Assembly: GCA_964016885.1 (NCBI GenBank)
Contig: OZ024741.1
Location: forward strand, 228,532,001-228,596,000
Length of the DNA stretch: 64,000 nucleotides
From: Eledone cirrhosa
Lineage: Eukaryota
Direction: 5' to 3'
The notes beneath the pieces are model-generated. The model was not told the DNA's origin and did no database searches. It worked only from the letters and a program-made list of their open reading frames with translations. Positions within the stretch are counted from its first letter, which is position 1, and every line of letters begins with the position of its first letter. Both the position numbers and the translations under genes were made by a program. Of this stretch, positions 53,817 through 64,000 are shown piece after piece.

Positions 53817-54406
53817 GTGCATGCTACTGTACGTCTGTATACATATATGTATGTACGTATACATGCATACTTACATTTAAGTAAGTGCCATACTAAGAGT
53901 GAGAAAGGAAATTTCGTTTTCATTTTGTTTCAATTTATCGTTTTCGGTATGCCTGACCGATTTAACTCACTCAATATGCAAATTAGGCTGCTCAGCCGTT
54001 AATTTTCATAAGGAAAGTATATACTTTCGAACGTTCAACTATCTGGCAGATGGGTAAACGGTGCTGATGATAGCTAACAAGCTTGAAACTAGTACATCGT
54101 TCCTGTGTCAGTGTTGAACAAAAAGGTGACGTGGTTGCCTTAACACCGTATGGCATAAATTCAGGCTGTTCAGTTTGTTTACAAACGAACAAAGCGACGT
54201 TAGCGCCGCTAAACTGATACGTGCATATATGTATGTGTACCTGTATGCATATGTATATATATGTGTATATATATATATATATATGTGCATGCTACTGTAC
54301 GTCTGTATACATATATGTATGTACGTATACATGCATACTTACATTTAAGTAAGTGCCATACTAAGAGTGAGAAATGAAATTTCGTTTTCATTTTGTTTCA
54401 ATTTAT
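53104..54406 (+). mobile_element. Retrozyme-like tandem array: ~470-bp unit x2.8, one HHR per unit
   Basis: Units start at 53104, 53572 and 54044; HHR AACGGTG-CTGATGA-TAGCT-AACA-AGCTT-GAAAC-TA-GTA-CATCGTT at 53117, 53585 and 54057. Confidence 0.8.
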
Positions 54407-54409
54407 ATA

Positions 54410-54445
<36 letters not shown>

Positions 54446-54582
54446 CATATATATATACATATTAAAATAAATATATGTGCTCTATGGTTTTTATATATTT
54501 GATATATATATTATCCTTATCGAACCCCCTTCGGATTTTAGTCTTCACGTTTATTATTATTATTATATATATATATATAGTA

Positions 54583-54772
54583 AGGGTGGTGGCTTGGCAG
54601 TATCGGTAGAGGGTCGGACGCCATGCTTTCCAGCATAGTTACGTCCCTTTGCGGTCTGAGTTCAAATCCCACCGAGGTTAACTTTGCCTTTCATCCTTAC
54701 GGGGTCGATAAAATAAAGTACCAGTAATGCACTGAAAATTTGATGGCCTTGTGCCAAAAGTAGAAACAATTA
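54583..54772 (+). mobile_element. tRNA-derived SINE
   Basis: A/B boxes and core. Confidence 0.9.
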
Positions 54773-54938
54773 CTATAAATATATATATATATATATATGG
54801 GTGTGTATATATATATACGTATATATATGTGTGTGTGTACGTGCAAGTATGTGTGCGTGGGCATCTCTGTGTAAATATGTGTGTATGCGTATATATAGAC
54901 ACACACACACGCACGCACACACATATATGTTCATACAT

Positions 54939-54977
<39 letters not shown>

Positions 54978-55206
54978 GACAACCGAAAACAAACAAAAAA
55001 CCAGGCGCCGATCGAAATATTCCAATTAACAGGTAATCAATGATGACGATTACACTAAAAACGTGACATACACCATATACCTTCCTCTCATTATGATTAC
55101 CTGTTGCCACACACTAGACCACTTCATCAACATAGACTATCATTTGTGATTCACACACAGTCACTCTATATATATATACACACACATATGTATATATATA
55201 TATATT

Positions 55207-55253
<47 letters not shown>

Positions 55254-55789
55254 GGTGGCTGCCAACTCGTTTTCGAGTACGGCCACTACTTTATATCCAT
55301 GTAGGAGAACCCCTACCGATGCGCTGAACGAGTGTGACATTTTAGTCCAGCCAGCGACTTGAAAACTCTGGTACAAACACTACACTTGTGACAATTATTG
55401 ACACATAGTGCTGGGCCCATGGTACCATGTGACGACAAGTGCAGAGAGATCTCCGGATATAAAGCAATGCCTGTGCCGTGATGCTTTTATAGTGAGCAAA
55501 GGCACTGCACAAAGCCAGTCCCACTCTCTTAACCAAGATGATATTTACCAATTAAAGAATTCTGCCTTGACAAAGACTAGGGGACATCTCCCGGTGATTT
55601 TGGATGGCCATCGACTCTTAAGAGCTCCTTTGCCATTTGACAGGTTTGTTTTTAGTCCAGCAGGATGTCCAAAGTCACCGTCCTCACCAAGAAACCTTGG
55701 TGGGTTGCCAGTTTAGTCGCCAACGACCCGACCATGAGACAGGTTGTACTGAGATACATGTTACCAGTAGCACCAACTGGTGACCTGAC

Positions 55790-55833
<44 letters not shown>

Positions 55834-55956
55834 TATGTATAATATATATATATATATACACATATATGTATGTATATATACATATATGTATGTATACTTA
55901 TACATATTTGTTAAATGGACAATAAAAAAATAGAAAATTGCGTGATTTATATATGC

Positions 55957-56039
<83 letters not shown>

Positions 56040-56149
56040 CGCGTGTGAGTCTGTATTTTTGTATATACATGTATATGTATATATATATATATATATACAT
56101 ATGTAGTTACACAATCATTTTCATTATTATTATTATGATTATTATTATT

Positions 56150-56262
<113 letters not shown>

Positions 56263-56708
56263 TACATTACATGCATGCACTTCCTCTATATTTTATCCAT
56301 TATCATTTCATCTTGTTATTGTTATCATATGTTTTATTTTATTTTATTTTATTTCATTTTATTTCTATTATTTTTCAGTTTATAATTCGTCCTTCAGCGC
56401 TCACTACGTCTCAGATACTTATAAAGAACAATCCTCATCAGTCATATATATCTTGTTACCCCTGCTGTGTTAATTAACATATGTGATCACTTGTCTAAAT
56501 GAATGTAATGTTGAAATCAGAGTGTGCCTGTGTAGACCAACTCAATCTACCACATGGTGCGTCTGGCGGAATCTGAGACACGTTGATGATGCTGTTGCTG
56601 TCGTCTTGTATGAAGAAGCGAAAAAGTTAATAGTGTCATGTTGGTGAAATGTCATGCTATACATTCACGTAAGCTGTGCATTGATATATATACATACACA
56701 CACACATA

Positions 56709-56777
<69 letters not shown>

Positions 56778-56791
56778 GTATATATACACAC

Positions 56792-56828
<37 letters not shown>

Positions 56829-56861
56829 TAGATAGGAGTGTATGCATGTTTATATACACAC

Positions 56862-56896
<35 letters not shown>

Positions 56897-56926
56897 AATA
56901 TATATATATGCGTGTGTGTATTTGTA

Positions 56927-57000
<74 letters not shown>

Positions 57001-57149
57001 TAACAAAAATGCAACCCAAAAATGCAACCCAAATGTATTGAATTTGCTCGACGTAATAACAACACAGAGGCAGGAATTTTATTATAAAACAAAGATCAAA
57101 GATTTCAAACCGATTAAATATGCAATGAACGCGGAGACTGATATCAGTT

Positions 57150-57600
57150 GATACTCAATTCACACTTTGTCATAAAATGGAGAAAGCAGGGAAGAAGTCA
57201 AGGCCATAGAATGTATAAAAACAAACCCTAATACCTGTGTTTGCTTCGATACACCACAAGATAGAGCCACTGTTCCAAGAAAATTGCTCACTGACTACAG
57301 ACTCCCAAAAGATTAGTGAAATGCTGAATGAGAAATACAAAAGTGTTTTGACATCGTCGATAGGACACATACAAATAAATAAGCCAGATGCGTTCTTTGA
57401 CTTCATAGCTCTAATCGGAGGGATGGCAACCAATAATTAGATCACTATAAAGGAGGAAAATGTAATATCAGCCATAGTTGAAATTACATTTTAAATTCAC
57501 CTATGGACCCTGACGGGTTCGCAGCGAATTTCTTAAAATCCGGCAAACAGGCCATAACAAACCCACTACAGATCCTTTTCCCAAACTTCTTTGAAGGTGG
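57150..57600 (+). mobile_element. Old CR1-like LINE fragment (region before RT)
   Basis: K.NP..FA, ISEMLNEKYKSV, GPDG..A.FLK..I.KPL. Confidence 0.5.
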
Positions 57601-57714
57601 GGAGGGGGGAGTGTATGTATAAGACTGATAGGTAGATAAATTCAGTTACACGTCACACACACACACACATATATATATACATATATATATATATTGTGTG
57701 TGTGTATACATGTA

Positions 57715-57860
57715 ATAATTGTTTCTACTTTAGGCACAAGGCCAGAAATTACCCAGTGCATTACTGGTACTTTATTTTATCTACCCCGTAAGGATGAAAG
57801 GCAAAGTCAACCTCGGCGGGATTTGAACTCAGATCGTAAAGGGACGTAACTATGCTGGAA
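57715..57860 (-). mobile_element. 5'-truncated tRNA-derived SINE
   Basis: B box, core and tail. Confidence 0.88.
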
Positions 57861-58184
57861 TGTAATAATACTGTGCAGTAATGTTTGTGATAACCAGGCT
57901 TGAACATTGGGTGGCGGGGTAGGTAGGCCAGTTTGGCATGCGCCTACAATTTTGAGGATTCTTCTCACATCACTTTCGAAATCACAAACACATAAACATA
58001 AACGTACACCCTCAGACCCCCCCCCCCACACAGACACACACACACACGCGCGCGCATACACACACACAAACAATTACGACATTCTCCAGGAATAAACATT
58101 TGCACATTGACAATTTAGGGTTTGAATAATTAAGTAAATGAATAAAACTGGTAAATATAAAATTGATATATATATATATATATG

Positions 58185-58274
<90 letters not shown>

Positions 58275-58517
58275 TGTATATATGTGTGTGTATATGTATA
58301 TATATATATATGAATAAAGTTAGACCTTCATCAGTGATCTTCCAATCTTCATTGGTATTTCATCGCTTTAAAGACCATATCCCTCCGGTTGGTGCGAGCA
58401 ACGGCTAAAGAAAGTCGTTGGGACACGTAAATAAGGGGAACGAGCGAGACTGTAAACAATCAAAGATGGTAATGCAACGAAAAGTGAGGAAGAAAGAGTC
58501 AAGTCCCAGATTTCCAT

Positions 58518-58757
58518 GAATATAAGTTCGGTGAAATCGTGAACGAGAGAGAATAAAGACCATCAAACCTAGTCGAAATGTGAGCAAGGAAGGAATTCCG
58601 CACAGGTCAAACGGGAGGAAGAAGGAGTCTAGTCCCTGAAATCGGTGAACATAAGTTCTGTGAAATCGTAGACAAGAGAGAAAAAAGCAACAACCAGCCT
58701 GGTCAAGCGTGAGCGAGAAAAGAATTACGCACAGGCCAAACGAGAGGAAGTAGGAGA
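58518..58757. repeat. Diverged tandem duplication, period ~129 bp
   Basis: GAA(T/C)ATAAGTTC(G/T)GTGAAATCGT...CGCACAGG(T/C)CAAACG(G/A)GAGGAAG seen twice. Confidence 0.75.
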
Positions 58758-58896
58758 GGTATTAGCAGAGAGTGAGTGAGTAAAGAGTGAGGAAGAGGCT
58801 AACAGAGAGAGTGACTGTTAGAGAGGGTAAAGGGAGGTGAAAGATACAGAGAAAGAGGAAACAGTAAGAACGAAATAGACGGGTCAGAAATATATA

Positions 58897-58935
<39 letters not shown>

Positions 58936-59157
58936 ATATGTATATGTATATATATATATATGTACATATATATATATATATATGTATGTGTATACGTATA
59001 TATATATATATATAAGTAGAATGGGTATTTAATTTGTTGGAAGTCCGACAAATATAAATGTTTATAACTGATTTAGAGCAATCAACAAGTTACTGTTTAT
59101 AATGAAATAAATATGGTTTTATAAATATAGTTAATATATAAATATATATATATATAC

Positions 59158-59353
59158 GTAGGTCCCGGATTGAGTCGGGGATAACCACAGTAAGTAAGGT
59201 ACTCAATACATGGCAGAGTAAAATTTTTTATTTTATAGAAGGAGCTTCTACAGGACTAGTACTGTTTCATTCAGATGAAATCTTCAGGAAGCTTCCTGAA
59301 GATTTTATCTGAATGAAACAGTACTAGTCCTGTAGAAGCTCCTTCTATAAAAT
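59158..59353. mobile_element. Family E element: 124-bp palindrome (59230-59353) with two divergent HHRs
   Basis: AGCTTC-CTGAAGA-TTT(C/T)ATCTGAAT-GAAACAG-TACTAGTC-CTGTA-GAAGCT on both strands; centre AAG|CTT. Confidence 0.85.
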
Positions 59354-59369
59354 ATATATATATATATAA

Positions 59370-59454
<85 letters not shown>

Positions 59455-59598
59455 AACGATCGATTTTCGTCAAATCGGACCGAGGGAACAATGTTTCCGT
59501 TGGTCTTTCCAATTGCTAATACTATCTATCGGTCGCAACTCCAGGTAGAAGGAGCAACGTGAAATAAAGTGTCTTGTTCAAGGACATATATTTTTATT

Positions 59599-59702
<104 letters not shown>

Positions 59703-60012
59703 CATATATATATATATGTATATATATATATTATATATATATGTAAAAAAAATAGTAAGGAGGGTTTCAGAACAATAGTCGTTTTATTGTTGCCGTTGTT
59801 TTTTGTTGCTCATCCGGTTGTTAATGTTATTTTCGTTTGGGACTGTTCTTATCGTTGTTGTTGTTGTTGATTATTGCTGTTTATTAGAAATTACTTCGTC
59901 TCCGCTGGCAGCCATTACGTTTCACAGCTTGTTGTCAGGTGTGGTAGAAAATGGTGGCAAATAGAAGGCTTTTGTATATGATATATCTGCATGCATATTT
60001 ATACACGCAGAT

Positions 60013-60069
<57 letters not shown>

Positions 60070-60070
60070 C

Positions 60071-60190
<120 letters not shown>

Positions 60191-60212
60191 GTATACATAT
60201 ATATATATGTAT

Positions 60213-60261
<49 letters not shown>

Positions 60262-60331
60262 TATATATATATGTATATATACGTGTTAGTATACAAATCT
60301 ATCTTAACGTTTATTCGTATACATATATATG

Positions 60332-60391
<60 letters not shown>

Positions 60392-60439
60392 TATATATAT
60401 AACTTTGATAACTTTGATAGGTTTCGGCCATTATTGGCC

Positions 60440-61425
60440 CAGGCCATGTCTAACTTAATAGCACGACCTGGCGAAGTCTTACAAATCAGTGTTTGGGTAC
60501 CATGGCCCACCAGAGCAGAGAGTTATTATTTACGGTGGCATATCCGAGTGTAGGAGGCTTATTCGGGATTTCTTGAAGGAATTTATCCAAAGACTTATTG
60601 AACTTGATTGGGTCTGTCTCTGCTTTGATGTGTCTTGGTGTAATGTTAAAGAGTGCAGGGTCAATTGAGGTGAAATAATTGTGCCGTATTGTTGTTATGT
60701 GATGCGAGTGGGATTTTTGTCGTGGGCGGATAGCACGGGGCCCAAGCCTTGAGTGTACACTAAAGGTGATGCCAACACCATTTGAGCTAAGCTGATAGAA
60801 TATTTTCCCACATCATACAGATAATGTAGCATCCACGGCGACGTTGAAGAGAATAAAGTTTGAGCTTTTCTAATCGACCCCAATTGTCAAGGTATGTCAT
60901 GCCAACTATCTTTCTTGTAATTGACCTTTGGGGTGCTTCAACTTTCATGATACTTTGTTTCGTGTGGGGTGACCACAGTGGACAACAGTATTCAAGGTGG
61001 CGTCGGGCAAAAGTGGAGAAGAGAAGAACAACAGTGTGGATATCTCTCGACTGGAAAGTTCTGAGAATCCAGGCACATATTCTGCGGGTCATATCAACTT
61101 TGCTGTTTATATGAGTGGCCCAGCTTATATTGTTGTCCACAATTACTCCCAGGTCTCTCGTGAAGGCACTAGAGTTTCACCCGAAGGAAGAGAGTATGGT
61201 AGTTTCAGGGCATCCTTTTTTCCAAAGTGGATTAGTTCAAATTTATCCTCATTCAACAGCATATTGTTCATCTCTGCCCATTGGATAACAGCCAGTAGGT
61301 CTGACTGAAGGCAAGTCCGGTCACCCACCTCATTGATGACCCTTTGGAGCTTGGAATCATCTGCGAAGATTCTGATGTTGCTGTGTTTGATGATGTCAGT
61401 AATGTCATTAATGTAGATGATGAAA
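60440..61425 (-). mobile_element. CR1-like LINE RT and C-terminal fragment
   Basis: LFIIYINDI, IFADDSKL, LQSDL..W...N.M.LN..K, LEYCCPLWSPH, LYSLQRRR. Confidence 0.88.
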
Positions 61426-61427
61426 AG

Positions 61428-61460
<33 letters not shown>

Positions 61461-61681
61461 AACATAAATTATCGAGAATCGCATTTCGGCCCACGAAATA
61501 ACGAAAAGCAACCTCCGAGATGTGTGGCAAGTGCTCAATGATTCAGATGAACGAGAGCTATAACAAACGTTAAAGGCCAAACACACTGAGACGATGGTTA
61601 AACAATCATTCGCATAGCCAAAAAAACAATCAAGTAATTCGGGTCAAACAAATAAAAAATATCTGTGATTGAAGAAAAAAA

Positions 61682-61736
<55 letters not shown>

Positions 61737-61738
<2 letters not shown>

Positions 61739-61921
61739 TGTATAGAAGGAGCTTCTAGTACTGTTTCATTCAGATGAAATCTTCAGGAAGCTGAAGATTT
61801 CATCTGAATGAAACAGTACTAGTTCTGTAGAAGCTCCTTCTATACAATACATATATTTTACTCTGCCATGTATTGAGTACCTTACTTACTGTGGTTATCC
61901 CCGACTCAACCCGGGACCTAC

Positions 61922-61922
<1 letters not shown>
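61737..61922 (+). mobile_element. Family E element with inverted HHR duplication
   Basis: Same sequence family as 59158-59353, in the opposite orientation. Confidence 0.85.
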
Positions 61923-61980
<58 letters not shown>

Positions 61981-62102
61981 TATATATACGTCCATTTGTA
62001 TATGTATATATATATATATATACATATATATGTATGTATATGTATATGTATATACACATATGTATATATATATATATACATACATATGGACATATATATA
62101 TA

Positions 62103-62148
<46 letters not shown>

Positions 62149-62268
62149 TATATATATATATGTCCATATATATGTATATATATATACATATGTGTATATA
62201 CATGTACATATACATACATAGATCTATATGTATATATATATATACATATACATATATATACATATATT

Positions 62269-62363
<95 letters not shown>

Positions 62364-62634
62364 GTACATATATATATACATATTATATACATATATATAT
62401 ACATATTATTGTTCGCCACAATTGTCACAATTGTCACAATTGTCACAGGTGTATTAACGCACAACAGTACAATACCTGGCAGTGAAGGTAATCTCCGGTG
62501 GACGGATAAAAATTAATTGCATCAGACAATCACTCTCTGTATATAGCAATGACTATATAATTATCACTATATATATATCCATACATACATATATATTATA
62601 TATATATATATATAAATAAATAAAAATATATCTA

Positions 62635-62687
<53 letters not shown>

Positions 62688-62827
62688 TAAGGGTGAATGC
62701 AGCGATATTTTGCTTAAACTTTAATCTGTTATTTTAATAAATATTTGCTCTACCGTTCTTATATATTTGATATATATTTATACTTATCGAGCCCTCTTTG
62801 GATTTTAGTCTTCAAATTTATTATTAT

Positions 62828-62940
<113 letters not shown>

Positions 62941-63239
62941 CATACAAACATACATATATATATATATATATATACATTCGAGTTTGTGTGTGTGTGCTTA
63001 TGAGTCTGTGTCTATGTCTGTGTGCTCAATAGGCAATTAGAATATTAAAACTTCAAATTACTAACCCGTCCAGCTTGCAAGAAAGCTTACACTACTAAAG
63101 TTCTAAAGTTATGTTTTCAAAATATTCTGCAGTCTTAGAATTACGACATGTTACGCTATTGTTACGGAGAAAAATTTATTAAGGGTCAGTGCAGATAGAT
63201 CTATAATTTCCTGTACAGTTGGTAGAATAATATTCTCTC

Positions 63240-63520
63240 CAATTGTATACGGACATATCCGTACATGTCCTCCGCTTTCCACCAGGTCATTCTACCAAGG
63301 CCTTATTTTCATTCGATGCAGCGGCAAGCCCTGCACCAGATGGTTGTATATCATCAGAGAAGATCTTCGGAGGCCCAACATCACTTTGGATGATGCAGAG
63401 GAGCTGGCATGGGACCGCCCGCGATGAAGGGCGCTGGTGGACCTGATCGGCTATACGCAGAACGATGCTTTGGGATCGTTGTTTTAGGCTGACACTAGCC
63501 TCGTTGAGTAAAAGCAAGAA
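63240..63520 (-). mobile_element. Possible old LINE 3' fragment
   Basis: GC-richer island with a weak resemblance to RTE C-termini. Confidence 0.25.
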
Positions 63521-64000
63521 GAAGAATAATTTTATATGGTATTTGTTTTATGATATATTAAATGATATATTGTAAAAAGCCTTCATTCTCCTTTTAAAAG
63601 AGATGTTGACTTTAAAACGTTATTAAGTTTGGATGCTTTCCAAACTCTTAATTTATTATTTAAAAAATTAGAAATTGTTTTATTTATATGAAAACATCAT
63701 CCCAAGATGGTCATTTATGTTTGAATCTTTCATTGCATCATTTCCAAATGTCCTTCGATATAACAAAAACCTAAGAATTGTCTTATAAGCCTTATAAGAC
63801 AATGCTTAGGTTTGTTTTCTACTCATTTTCGCTGTGGTTGGCTTGTGTGCATGGAGATAAAATGCGACTGGGACAAGCCATGATTTATTTACCTTCCGAA
63901 ACTCTGGTTTCTACGCATATTCGAAGGTAGCTGGTGATTTAGTGAATTCGTCAGAATATTGGAAAAAATTCATTGCGGTATTTGTTCTGGGTCTCTGTGT

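Noticed and set aside
56500-56660. GC-richer island as a possible exon
   Set aside because: Short frames with no homology evident by eye
58315-58340. CTGATGAAGGTC on the minus strand
   Set aside because: Cut off by (TA)n before any GAAA; cannot be supported

Overview
AT-rich eukaryotic (animal) DNA with no supportable host gene. The (TA)n/(CA)n load and the SINE style resemble a coleoid cephalopod such as Octopus (inference). The window is a pile of transposable elements, mostly sitting in (TA)n tracts: two related two-ORF Penelope-like elements (PLEs; 2.1-5.2 kb and a near-complete copy at 40.2-45.9 kb), three GIY-YIG PLE 3' fragments, a near-full-length RTE LINE, an RT-deleted L1/Tx1-like LINE, an RLE-type LINE fragment, CR1-like fragments, a decayed Rep-helicase Helitron plus two non-autonomous Helitrons, two Tc1/mariner elements, a hAT MITE and about 17 tRNA-derived SINE copies. 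Notable signals read by eye: (1) about 20 intact or decayed type I hammerhead ribozyme (HHR) motifs from several families; (2) a near-perfect tandem array of a ~470-bp unit with one minimal HHR per unit (retrozyme/circular-RNA candidate); (3) a conserved T_TTT_TTA heptamer joining a coiled-coil ORF1 to the RT ORF in the -1 frame in both two-ORF PLEs; (4) many long palindromes, several with junctions at HHR stem I. Boundaries are manual estimates and no folding or database search was run.
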